A stretch of DNA of 33,110 bases from a virus (IMGVR_UViG_3300025018_002059:1-33110); one strand, 5' to 3'; positions 9,287 through 17,992 are shown, numbered from the stretch's first letter. The notes: generated by a model from the sequence alone, not told the origin. A program made the numbers and translations.

Positions 9287-9594
9287 AGGTTTTAGTTTTG
9301 TCTGCTTTGCTGGCTTTCACAGTAAGCGGGTGCTGCGCGTTTTCTAGTAGGAGTTGTTACCCGGCCTGCCCTCCACCGAAGATTATCGAGGTGTCCAAGT
9401 GCAAGCTGCCTGACGCACTCTCATTGCCGAGTTATTCCAAGCATACCCCGTGCCCTACGGGGCTATACTGCTTCGATGATACTAACATGTTCAAAATCAT
9501 TCGACGTGACGCCTTGATGAAGCAGTGGATTCAAGAGGCCAAGCGCCGCTGCGCCCCTCCAACCTCAGCTCCCTCAACCCAACCCTCTAGTTAG
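9283..9594 (+). CDS. Lipoprotein, putative outer-membrane spanin (Rz1-like)
   Basis: Signal peptide MKVLVLSALLAFTVSG-C with lipobox VSGC; short Pro/Cys-rich mature part. Confidence 0.6.
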   Translation: MKVLVLSALLAFTVSGCCAFSSRSCYPACPPPKIIEVSKCKLPDALSLPSYSKHTPCPTGLYCFDDTNMFKIIRRDALMKQWIQEAKRRCAPPTSAPSTQPSS

Positions 9595-9603
9595 GATTTA
9601 CTC

Positions 9604-10650
9604 ATGGCTTTCTCCCCTGATACTATAGACCGAATCAAGGACCTAGCGGACCCTGAGCTGGTTCTGGACCTGCTAGGGTTCCGTGTCACTAAGCGTGGCC
9701 ATAAGGAGCTTCGGGCTAGGTGTATACTGCATGGGGGAGATAACCCAACAGCATTTAGGATGAGGACTGATACGAAGCGGTTTTCCTGTTACACGAAGCA
9801 GTGCCATGTTGTAGCTGGTAACGTAGATAATGACCTACTATCTTTGATAATGAGAGCTAAGAGGGTCGGATTCAACGAGGCAGTGACTTGGCTAGCCGAG
9901 GTAGTTGGGGTTGACCCGGATAATGTAGCCGACGATGGGGAGGCTTTGCTAAACTTGTACCGCCGCCGTGACATAAAAAAGGCTATAGATAGTGCTAACA
10001 GGGTAAGCAGCAGGGAGGCCCCAATTCAGGAGCTTCCCAGCTCTTATCTGGGCGATAGTATTATCGGTAGGTCGGACTACTTTACCTCGGCAGGAATTTC
10101 TGAAGCCACCCAAGAGTTTTTTGGGGTGGGCTACAAAGTATACCCAGACGGCACTCCCAGAGCCACAATCCCAATTAGGGACGCATACGGTAAGCTAGTA
10201 TCAGTCAGTGGGCGCAGGGTAGACTCTAACGAAGAGCCCAGGTACAAGCTTGTGGCGGATTTTGATAAGGCCCGCACATTGTACAACCTAAATAATACTG
10301 TAAAGACGTGCCCACTGTTCGATAACACCATAATCATTGTGGAAGGCTTCAAGGCAGCTTGGGCTGTGCATGATGTTGGTTTTACCAATGTAGTTGCATG
10401 TATGGGAGCCTACCTACTTGAGCCGCAGGTAGAGACTATTAGTGAGTACCTGCCAGCCGCCCGCTGCCTAGTTATGATGGACGGCGATTCAGCAGGTGAG
10501 AAGGGGCTAGAATCCTCTGTTCGCGTCTGTAAAAAGTACTTCAAGACAGTCGCAGCTCCACTGCACTTGGATTACCCTGGCATGTCCCCGGATGACCTGC
10601 CACAAGAGGAACGAATGTTGTATATTGAAAAACACATGTTATTACTTTAG
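9604..10650 (+). CDS. dnaG: DnaG-type DNA primase
   Basis: CHC2 zinc finger (CILH...CYTKQC), IPIRD..G..VSVSGR, PRY, LYNL, TOPRIM IIVEG and MMDGDSAG. Confidence 0.92.
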   Translation: MAFSPDTIDRIKDLADPELVLDLLGFRVTKRGHKELRARCILHGGDNPTAFRMRTDTKRFSCYTKQCHVVAGNVDNDLLSLIMRAKRVGFNEAVTWLAEVVGVDPDNVADDGEALLNLYRRRDIKKAIDSANRVSSREAPIQELPSSYLGDSIIGRSDYFTSAGISEATQEFFGVGYKVYPDGTPRATIPIRDAYGKLVSVSGRRVDSNEEPRYKLVADFDKARTLYNLNNTVKTCPLFDNTIIIVEGFKAAWAVHDVGFTNVVACMGAYLLEPQVETISEYLPAARCLVMMDGDSAGEKGLESSVRVCKKYFKTVAAPLHLDYPGMSPDDLPQEERMLYIEKHMLLL

Positions 10651-10659
10651 GTGGGTGCT

Positions 10660-10998
10660 ATGCAAGGCGACAGAAATTTAGTCATACTGGCTGGGAAACT
10701 CAAGTACGCTGAGTACTCCCAAGTTACTAACGACTACCCGCGCTTCACGGCGAAGCTAGAGGTAAAGAAATGTGCAGAGGACTTGGGAGGGACAGCTACG
10801 CGCTGGGCTACCGACCTAATCGGAATCTGTGCGTGGGGCCAGCTGGCTGATGCCATGCGCGACCTTCAAGATGGTGATAGGGTACAGGTTACAGGCACGC
10901 TAGTTTCGCGCTCGTACCAGGGGCTATGTAGAAAGTGCGCTACGCCGGCGACCAGGTATTGGTACGAAGTGTTGATAGACAATTTCGTGGTGGTATAG
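10660..10998 (+). CDS. ssb: Single-stranded DNA-binding protein (OB fold)
   Basis: NLVILAGKL, ICAWGQLA, LQDGDRVQVTGTLVSRSY, YEV. ATG 10660 is preferred over GTG 10651. Confidence 0.8.
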   Translation: MQGDRNLVILAGKLKYAEYSQVTNDYPRFTAKLEVKKCAEDLGGTATRWATDLIGICAWGQLADAMRDLQDGDRVQVTGTLVSRSYQGLCRKCATPATRYWYEVLIDNFVVV

Positions 10999-11000
10999 GT

Positions 11001-11771
11001 ATGAAAGACTACTACACAATCCTTGGGTTAAAAAGGGGTGCCTCTAAGGACGAAGTTACTGCTGCGTACAGGAAGCTGATGCTTCAGTACCATCCTGATA
11101 GAAATCAGGGCGACGCGGCTGCTGAAGAAAAAGCTAAAGAGATAAATGAGGCTTACACAGCCATAACTAACGGCGCTGCAGACAGGCCTCAGGGGGGCCC
11201 GCGCCAGGGCTGGGGTTTTCCTGGGTTTGGGGCAGCGGGCAACCCGTTTGCAGACTTTTTCAAACAGGCCAGCTTCTCCAGTGGGTTCGGCCCGCAGCAG
11301 CGCGGCCCCCGGCCGGGCGGCCCTGTACGACTTGAAATGAAGCTGCCCTTGCTTGACGCGATTTTGGGCGGGGAGCGCGGCGTGACCTTCGAGGTTACTG
11401 AGGAGTGTGGCTGTCTGAAGCCCTGTGAGGATTGCGGGGGCCGCGGAGTTGTACTGGTGAAGGTAGTCGGCGGCGTGCATATGACGCGTCCCTGCGAGTC
11501 CTGCCGCGGCCAGGCGCAGCAGCCTGACCCCGCTTGCTCAACATGTTCTGGTAAGGGGCAGGTGCCAATTACTAGGGATGTCAAGTTGACTATCCCCGAG
11601 GGCATACAGGCCGGTCAGACACTTGGGGTACAGGGCGCCGGCTTTCCAGGCTCTATGGGAGGCCCTCCGGGAGACCTGCTGGTTACCATACACGTAGAGA
11701 TTCCAAAAGCCAGTAATTATGGGCCTGAGTCCATTGAGAAGTTGAAGGATGTCTTTGGAGGCCCGAAATGA
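11001..11771 (+). CDS. dnaJ: DnaJ co-chaperone
   Basis: MKDYYTILG, YHPDRN (HPD), EINEAY, G/F-rich linker, CxxCxG repeats, IPEG, PGDLLV. Start corrected to ATG 11001. Confidence 0.93.
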   Translation: MKDYYTILGLKRGASKDEVTAAYRKLMLQYHPDRNQGDAAAEEKAKEINEAYTAITNGAADRPQGGPRQGWGFPGFGAAGNPFADFFKQASFSSGFGPQQRGPRPGGPVRLEMKLPLLDAILGGERGVTFEVTEECGCLKPCEDCGGRGVVLVKVVGGVHMTRPCESCRGQAQQPDPACSTCSGKGQVPITRDVKLTIPEGIQAGQTLGVQGAGFPGSMGGPPGDLLVTIHVEIPKASNYGPESIEKLKDVFGGPK

Positions 11772-12268
11772 GAATAACTGGGTTTGATGTCTCCAGCACC
11801 AGCACTGGGTATGCAACGCTTTCTGGCAGCAAGCTGTTGAAGAGCGGTACAGGGACCATAAAGACAAAATCTGGCGACGACTTGTGCGACAGGTTGGTGC
11901 AGTTTAGGGAGCAAGTCATAAAGATACTATCCAAGGTAAAGCCGGACGCCGTTGTTATAGAAGACGTGTATGTCAGGCACAGGTCGGTAATTATCATCCT
12001 AGCTAGGTTTTCTGGTGTAATTCTGGAGGCCGTCGCCGGACTGGGGTACAAGCCGGTTCTTCTTGAGGCCACGAAGGTTCGCAAAGCCTTGGGGATAAAG
12101 AACAAGAAAGAGCTGGTATTCGCGTTTGTCAAGGAAAAGTTCGCGCTGGACGAGTATACGTTCGGTAAAGACAATGACGTTACAGACGCTATAGCTCTCA
12201 CATTAGCCTACAAGAAACTTTTGAGCGAAGTCAAAGAAGGTGGTACAGATGGAAAGCGCGGCCAATAA
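11768..12268 (+). CDS. ruvC: RuvC-like Holliday junction resolvase
   Basis: ITGFDVSSTSTGYA, PDAVVIED, NDVTDAIAL. Confidence 0.88.
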   Translation: MRITGFDVSSTSTGYATLSGSKLLKSGTGTIKTKSGDDLCDRLVQFREQVIKILSKVKPDAVVIEDVYVRHRSVIIILARFSGVILEAVAGLGYKPVLLEATKVRKALGIKNKKELVFAFVKEKFALDEYTFGKDNDVTDAIALTLAYKKLLSEVKEGGTDGKRGQ

Positions 12269-12297
12269 GGGCGTAGTGGAGCTACGGAGTTAGATTT

Positions 12298-13254
12298 ATG
12301 GGAGCTCATCCAAAGGTTTATGTGTCAGACAACCCACATTTGGCTGCGGAGTGGCACCCGTGTAAGAACGGTGATTTGACGGCGTCTGCTGTGGCCGCAG
12401 GTTCTGACAGGCGAGCCTGGTGGAGGTGCTCGTACGGGCACGAGTGGCGTGCCAGTTGTAACAACAGGTCTAGGGGTACCGGGTGCCCTTATTGCTCTGG
12501 TCGTCTGGCTACAGTATCGTCGTGTTTAGATACTACTAGCCCAACTTTGGCAGCGGAGTGGCATTTAGTGAAGAATGGTGAATTGACCCCGAAAATGGTA
12601 ACTGCGGGCTCACATAAGAAGGTATGGTGGCACTGCGCGGCCGGGCACGAGTGGGACGCCACTGTTAAAAACAGGGCTAATGGTTATGGGTGCCCGTATT
12701 GCTCAGGTAGGCGACCAACAGATAAAACCAGCCTAGCCGCTGTTAACCCCCAACTAGCGACGGAGTGGTTGGGTACCAAAAACTTACCCGCGCAGACGCC
12801 CAGTACTGTCACCTCTAGCTCCCACAAGAAAGTTTGGTGGGTTTGCGCTAGGGGCCACGAGTGGCGCGCTAGTGTCAATAACCGGGCAAAGGGGAGCAGG
12901 TGTCCCTGCTGCGCCGCACCCACCGTTTCAAAGGCTTCTCAAGAGTGGCTCGATTCTCTAGGGATTCCGGAGGAGTTTCGGGAGTACCCGATTAAGCTTC
13001 CCGGTAGAAAGCGGGCAATTAAGGTTGATGGGTTCGACCCGAAGACGAACACGGTCTACGAGTTTCTCGGGGATTTCTGGCACGGGAATCCAGATTTGTA
13101 CGATTCTGAGGATGTGAACCCGGTGAACAGGAAGACGTTTGGTGGGTTGTTCAGTAAAACACAGCGCAGGTTGTCAGAGCTTAGAGAGGCGGGCCACATC
13201 GTTGTTTTTATTTGGGAGAATGACTTTAAGGAGTGTATAGATGGAAAAGCGTAA
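12298..13254 (+). CDS. Zinc-ribbon array (3 repeats, DUF4379/treble-clef-like) + Vsr/DUF559-like endonuclease; putative free-standing homing endonuclease, copy 1
   Basis: Three ~70-aa units P.LA.EW...KN..S....WW.C..GHEW......R....CP.C, then KVDGFDP..VYEFLGDFWHG..VFIWE. Confidence 0.8.
   Translation: MGAHPKVYVSDNPHLAAEWHPCKNGDLTASAVAAGSDRRAWWRCSYGHEWRASCNNRSRGTGCPYCSGRLATVSSCLDTTSPTLAAEWHLVKNGELTPKMVTAGSHKKVWWHCAAGHEWDATVKNRANGYGCPYCSGRRPTDKTSLAAVNPQLATEWLGTKNLPAQTPSTVTSSSHKKVWWVCARGHEWRASVNNRAKGSRCPCCAAPTVSKASQEWLDSLGIPEEFREYPIKLPGRKRAIKVDGFDPKTNTVYEFLGDFWHGNPDLYDSEDVNPVNRKTFGGLFSKTQRRLSELREAGHIVVFIWENDFKECIDGKA
12946..12987 (+). repeat. 42-nt exact repeat shared with 15301..15342
   Basis: TGGCTCGATTCTCTAGGGATTCCGGAGGAGTTTCGGGAGTAC at both sites. 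Confidence 0.9.
12994..13084 (+). repeat. 91-nt exact repeat shared with 33020..33110 (runs to the window end)
   Basis: AAGCTTCCCGGTAGAAAG...GGGGATTTCTGGCACG is identical at both sites by manual comparison. Confidence 0.9.
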
Positions 13255-14416
13255 AAACTCAGCGTCCAGCTTGAAGACCCTGCAGCAGTGTGTATTCAAA
13301 TACTACAGCCGCTACGAAGCGAAGACCACTAAGTTTGTCGGCACCGAGCAGGATGCCTTACCGTTCGGCACAGCTGTACACGCTGGCTTGGAGGCTCTCT
13401 TCCAGCTCCACGTGCAGAGGTACGGTACAGGCGTGCGTCTCTCTGCTGATGATTACGAGGCTATTCGTAAGGTGTACATGGAGTCAATCTCGTTGGGGGG
13501 CCTAGATAAGTTATCCATCATCGAGGAGGGCTGGAACATGCTCAAGGCGCGGATGGACAACTTCGACTACACGGAGAAGGTAATATCCACCGAGCAGTTT
13601 TTTGATTTGGAGACCGAGGCAGGGACCATGTTTTTGGGGCATATCGATAAGGTAGTAGAGCTGGACGATGACTCCCTGGCCATTATCGATTACAAGACAT
13701 CCAAAACAGCCCTCACTCAACAGGAAGCCGACGACGACGTGCAGCTGTCAATGTATGATTTGGCCGCCTCTATTCTCTTCCCACAGTACAAGACAGTTGT
13801 ACTGGTGCTGGATTATGTGCGCTTGGGAAATATTGTGGTATCTCATAGGACTCCGTCCCAAAGAGCTGCTTTTGTAGAGTGGCTCGACCTACAAGACCGT
13901 CGTATTATGGGCATCTCCGAGAAAGACGCCAAGCCTTCTTTGCACCAGTTTTGTGGCTGGTGCGAATACAGGCAGGCCTGCCCGGCGTTTAGGGAGGCTG
14001 TTACCGTGTTTGATGCTGACAGCTATTTAATGTCGGAGTTCAATGATGAGGAGGCCGTGACTAAGTGGGAGCAGCTTAAGTTGGTGAAGAAGGCAGTAGA
14101 GGCAGCTGACCGAGACCTGAAGATGCAGATTGACGAGGCCTTATCTCTCAAGGCCTCCGGTGAGATGCACGGTTCCGGAGACACTCGACTGTACCGGGCC
14201 CAGACAGCTCGTGTATCTTACAGCCCTGCAGCAATCAAGGAGGCTCTGCCGGACGAAGACTTCGTTAAGGTGGTGACAATCCATAAAGGTTCGCTAGATA
14301 AGCTGCTGCTTAAGAAGCCGGAGCTGGCAGATAAGGTGCACGGGAGCGCTGACGTTTCCTACACAGCGGCTTCTATCAGGACGGCTTCTAAGAAGAGTTC
14401 CAAGTATGGGGGGTAG
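13241..14416 (+). CDS. Cas4/RecB/AddB-like PD-(D/E)XK exonuclease with probable Fe-S cluster
   Basis: SASSL....QC, FGTAVH, E, GHID, IIDYKT, QLSMY, CGWCEYRQAC. Confidence 0.88.
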   Translation: MEKRKNSASSLKTLQQCVFKYYSRYEAKTTKFVGTEQDALPFGTAVHAGLEALFQLHVQRYGTGVRLSADDYEAIRKVYMESISLGGLDKLSIIEEGWNMLKARMDNFDYTEKVISTEQFFDLETEAGTMFLGHIDKVVELDDDSLAIIDYKTSKTALTQQEADDDVQLSMYDLAASILFPQYKTVVLVLDYVRLGNIVVSHRTPSQRAAFVEWLDLQDRRIMGISEKDAKPSLHQFCGWCEYRQACPAFREAVTVFDADSYLMSEFNDEEAVTKWEQLKLVKKAVEAADRDLKMQIDEALSLKASGEMHGSGDTRLYRAQTARVSYSPAAIKEALPDEDFVKVVTIHKGSLDKLLLKKPELADKVHGSADVSYTAASIRTASKKSSKYGG

Positions 14417-14431
14417 CCGCCCTAACAGCGA

Positions 14432-14487
14432 CTTCGAAAAAGCTGGGTGTACCGTGGTTTTCATTTGGGAAAAGACTTTAAGGAATG
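14432..14487 (+). pseudogene. Frameshifted remnant of the endonuclease 3' end
   Basis: With one +1 and one -1 change in A-runs it reads LRKAGCTVVFIWEKDFKE. 14457-14485 equals 15559-15588 except for one missing A. Confidence 0.75.
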
Positions 14488-15594
14488 CAGCGCGTGTCTA
14501 AACCAGTAGCTAGTATTAGGGAATATTTTGAGGTTGAGGGTTTCGAGGTGCCCTTTTTGGAGGAGGAGTACAAAAACGCCTTTTCTAAGATAACATACCT
14601 CTGTCCAGCAGGTCACAAGGGAAAGATTCCTTGGAACTCGTTTAATACTGGTAATAGGTGTTATAAATGTTCTGGAAAAATGAAAAGGACTCAAGAAGAG
14701 GCCTCAACACTTTTAGACCAAGCAGGCCTTACTCTGGTATCCTACGTGCGGGGGTGTAACCAATCTTTAAAAGTAGTGTGTAGCTTAGGTCACCTGTCTA
14801 CTGTGGACCTATCGCGCCGCTCGCGCAGAGCCCTTTCCTGCTCTGTGTGTGACGGACGAGTAAGGTTTGACTTATTAAGCTCGTTTGCGTCGGCATTTCC
14901 CGAGCTTCTTTACTTGTGGGACTACGCCGGTAATACAGTAAAACCAACAGGGGCGCCTCCCGCTGGTCGCGCCCTGTTTATGTGGTCGTGCCAAAATAAT
15001 CCTCAACATAAGTGGGTTGGCTCAACACATAGCACCGCCCGAGGCCGCAGGTGCCCTTATTGCGCAGGTAAGCGCGTGTTAGAGCCTGAGTCGCTAAAAT
15101 GTTTGTATCCGAAGTTAATGAGAGAATGGTGTTCCTCTAACACCATTAAACCAGATGAGGTAAGCCCTGGAAGCCACGCCATAGTTAAATGGTCCTGTCA
15201 AGCAGGGCATAAATGGCGTGCTTCGATTAAGAACAGAGCGTTAAATGGGACCGGTTGCCCACAGTGCTCCGGCGGTGCGGTCTCGAAGATTTCCCAGGCC
15301 TGGCTCGATTCTCTAGGGATTCCGGAGGAGTTTCGGGAGTACTCGATAAGGCTTCCGGGCAAAAAACGACCAGTCAAAGTTGACGGCTACGACCCCGCAA
15401 CCAACACCGTCTACGAATTTTTGGGAGACTACTGGCACGGGAACCCTGATTTGTACGATTCTAAGGAGGTGAATGCTCACAGCAAGAAGACGTTTGGTGT
15501 TCTCTATAACCAAACAATACGTCGTTTAGCGGTTTTACGTAAGGCAGGTTATTGCGTAGTTTTCATTTGGGAAAAAGACTTTAAGGAACGGTGA
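14485..15594 (+). CDS. Zinc-ribbon array + endonuclease, copy 2
   Basis: Two shorter CxxGH..CxxC units, two DUF4379-like units, then the same nuclease domain (KVDGYDP..VYEFLGDYWHG..VFIWE). GTG 14494 is better spaced from the SD than ATG 14485. Confidence 0.8.
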   Translation: MQRVSKPVASIREYFEVEGFEVPFLEEEYKNAFSKITYLCPAGHKGKIPWNSFNTGNRCYKCSGKMKRTQEEASTLLDQAGLTLVSYVRGCNQSLKVVCSLGHLSTVDLSRRSRRALSCSVCDGRVRFDLLSSFASAFPELLYLWDYAGNTVKPTGAPPAGRALFMWSCQNNPQHKWVGSTHSTARGRRCPYCAGKRVLEPESLKCLYPKLMREWCSSNTIKPDEVSPGSHAIVKWSCQAGHKWRASIKNRALNGTGCPQCSGGAVSKISQAWLDSLGIPEEFREYSIRLPGKKRPVKVDGYDPATNTVYEFLGDYWHGNPDLYDSKEVNAHSKKTFGVLYNQTIRRLAVLRKAGYCVVFIWEKDFKER

Positions 15595-15597
15595 TTT

Positions 15598-16851
15598 ATG
15601 GTCAACAAGAAGCTAAAAATTCTAGCGTATATGGATTCTCCTTCGGTTGCTACAGGATTCGCGACGGTTGCCAGGAACGTTCTTATGGGCCTGCACGCAA
15701 CCGGCAAGTACGAGATTATCGTAGCCGGTATTAACTATTGGGGTTTTCCTCACCCTTACCCCTTCCCTATCTATCCTGTTGGAATCAACAACAATAACGA
15801 CCCCTACGGGCGCGAGTTTGTCTCTCGGATGATGGTAGAGGAGCAGTATGATATCCTCTTCACCATTCAGGATACGTTTATACTCGAGTTCATGGGCCAG
15901 CTTATCGACCAGATTAGAGCTAGCAAGCCTGGAGTAAAATGGGTAACGTATTTCCCCATTGATGGCACCCCCAAACGTCCGTGGCTAGACGCCATGCGTA
16001 AGGCTGACATTGCAGTCACGTACACTGAGTGGGCTAAGGAGGAATGTTTACGTGTACTGCCAACAATGGGTGACCTTCGCGTTGTTCCTCACGGTGTGAA
16101 TGTCCGTGATTTTTTTCCGGTGCCAAAGGGTGAGAATGTAGAGTTCCGCAACTCCTATTTCACCGGTATGCAGGGCAAGTTCCTCGTGTTGAATGTGAAT
16201 AGGAACCAGCAACGCAAAGATATTCCTCGCAGTATGGTTGCGTTCAAGAAGTTCCAGGAGAAGCACCCAGACTCGTTCTACTACATTCATGCAGCAGTAT
16301 GTGACCATGGATGGGAGCTAGATAAGGTAGCTGCCGAGCTGGGCCTGGAGCTCAACAAGGATGTTGGTTTTCCTATCAACTTTGGTCCTAACCAAGGCTT
16401 TCCCACAGAGATTGTGAATCGCATCTACAACGCCAGTGACGTAGTTATCAGCACCACCACTGGTGAGGGCTGGGGTCTTGCGCAGGTAGAGGCGATGGCT
16501 TGTTGTAAGCCTGTAATCTCGCCTGATAATACAGCCTGCACCGAGATTGTAGGCGAAGACCGTGGTTACTTGGTTCCGTCAGGCGCAAAGCACTCGCCTA
16601 ACCTGGTGACGGTGCTCTCACACGATAACGAGGTCCTCCGCTCGTTGACCGATATCGACGGGCTGGTAGATGCCATGTGCCAAGTTTATGAGAACCCTGC
16701 CGAGGCCAGCAAGCGCGCTCTTGCGGCGTACAAGTGGGTCACCACAGAGCTGCGGTGGGATAAGCATGTCGTTCCGAAGTGGGTAGAGATTTTTGATGAG
16801 GTGGCTGCTGGCCCAGCCAAGACTGGTACAGTTGCCACACTAGACTTGTAG
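15598..16851 (+). CDS. GT-B fold glycosyltransferase (GT4-like)
   Basis: TGFATV, VVPHGV, NRNQQRKD, YNASDV, EGWGLAQVEAMAC..PVI (EX7E). Confidence 0.92.
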   Translation: MVNKKLKILAYMDSPSVATGFATVARNVLMGLHATGKYEIIVAGINYWGFPHPYPFPIYPVGINNNNDPYGREFVSRMMVEEQYDILFTIQDTFILEFMGQLIDQIRASKPGVKWVTYFPIDGTPKRPWLDAMRKADIAVTYTEWAKEECLRVLPTMGDLRVVPHGVNVRDFFPVPKGENVEFRNSYFTGMQGKFLVLNVNRNQQRKDIPRSMVAFKKFQEKHPDSFYYIHAAVCDHGWELDKVAAELGLELNKDVGFPINFGPNQGFPTEIVNRIYNASDVVISTTTGEGWGLAQVEAMACCKPVISPDNTACTEIVGEDRGYLVPSGAKHSPNLVTVLSHDNEVLRSLTDIDGLVDAMCQVYENPAEASKRALAAYKWVTTELRWDKHVVPKWVEIFDEVAAGPAKTGTVATLDL

Positions 16852-16864
16852 GGGAGGGGTTGAG

Positions 16865-17992
16865 ATGATTAGATGGAATGGGCCCCTTTGGGATGCCTCT
16901 GGATACGCAAGCGCGGCTAGGGATTATGTGCTAGCCCTGCACGCCGAGGGAGTTTCGGTAACCGCCGGTGTTCATTGTTTTGAGAACACCGCGCCGCGAG
17001 TAGGGGTCGGCCAGGATAAAGAGGTTCTACTATCTCTTGTTGACCGCCCTCTCGAGTATGACGTAGTTGTTTCGCAGTTCACCCCTGATGTAGCTTCTGC
17101 ATTTAGGGAGCACGGCAAGTACAACATCAACTATTTTGCGTGGGAAACCACGAAGGTCCACCCTTTGTGGGTGGACCATCTGAATATGTCTGACGAAATC
17201 TGGGTTCCGTCTGAGTGGAACGTAGAGGCATTGAAGTCCTCCGGCGTGACTAAGCCGGTGACGTGTATCCCCCACATCGCTCGGCCGGAGGTGTTCGACC
17301 AGAAGGTCGAGCCCATGTTCGAGCACCTAGCTGATTTGTATAAGTTCTATTCTATTTTTCAATGGACGGAGCGCAAGAACCCTTCCGCGCTGCTGAGGTC
17401 CTATTTTGCAGCGTTTTCTCCCGAGGAGCCTGTTGTTCTGGTTCTTAAAGCCTACGTTGGCTTGGGAGGGGAGCAGGACGCGTCTACTATCGCTAATCAG
17501 GTGGCCCAGATAAAGAAGGACATGGGCTTGCCTAAGTTCCCTAAGGTGGTATTGGTAGCAGACCGGCTTACGGACGCACAGATGGCGGGGCTGCACAATG
17601 AGCTAGATTGTTGCGTGTCACTAAGCCACGCAGAGGGGTTTGGTTTGTGCCCCTTCGAGGCCGCCCAGGCCGGCAACCCGGTGATTTCAACCGGAGCTGG
17701 CGGGGTTATGGAGTTCCTAGACACAGACTTGTCCTACCTGGTTTCGTCGCAGCAGTCGCTTGTTAAAGGCATGAGCGGTTTTAATCGTTGGTATCTAGGG
17801 ACAGGTGTCTGGTACGACCCGTGTGAGACCGCAGCTATTTCGGCTATGCGGGAAGTGTTCGACAACAAAGAGGCAGCCGCTGCGCGGGGTTTGGCGCAGA
17901 GGGAAAGGATTGCCACTAGGTTTTCGGCTAGTGCAGTTGTTTCCAGAATCAAAGAGCGTCTTGACACCATTCGTGGAGGTACTCGTGGCTAG
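16865..17992 (+). CDS. GT-B fold glycosyltransferase (GT4-like)
   Basis: SGYASAAR, AWET, DEIWVPSEWN, ERKN, EGFGLCPFEAAQAGNPVI. Confidence 0.92.
   Translation: MIRWNGPLWDASGYASAARDYVLALHAEGVSVTAGVHCFENTAPRVGVGQDKEVLLSLVDRPLEYDVVVSQFTPDVASAFREHGKYNINYFAWETTKVHPLWVDHLNMSDEIWVPSEWNVEALKSSGVTKPVTCIPHIARPEVFDQKVEPMFEHLADLYKFYSIFQWTERKNPSALLRSYFAAFSPEEPVVLVLKAYVGLGGEQDASTIANQVAQIKKDMGLPKFPKVVLVADRLTDAQMAGLHNELDCCVSLSHAEGFGLCPFEAAQAGNPVISTGAGGVMEFLDTDLSYLVSSQQSLVKGMSGFNRWYLGTGVWYDPCETAAISAMREVFDNKEAAAARGLAQRERIATRFSASAVVSRIKERLDTIRGGTRG

Noticed and set aside
13241-14416. Cas4-like gene as part of a CRISPR-Cas system
   Set aside because: No repeat-spacer array or other cas gene seen; stand-alone Cas4-like nucleases are common in phage replication modules. 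Its QLSMY is the RecB-family QxxxY motif, not a clamp-binding motif.
12298-15594. Diversity-generating retroelement or IS explanation for the endonuclease repeats
   Set aside because: No reverse transcriptase, transposase or terminal inverted repeats; differences between copies are not adenine-specific.
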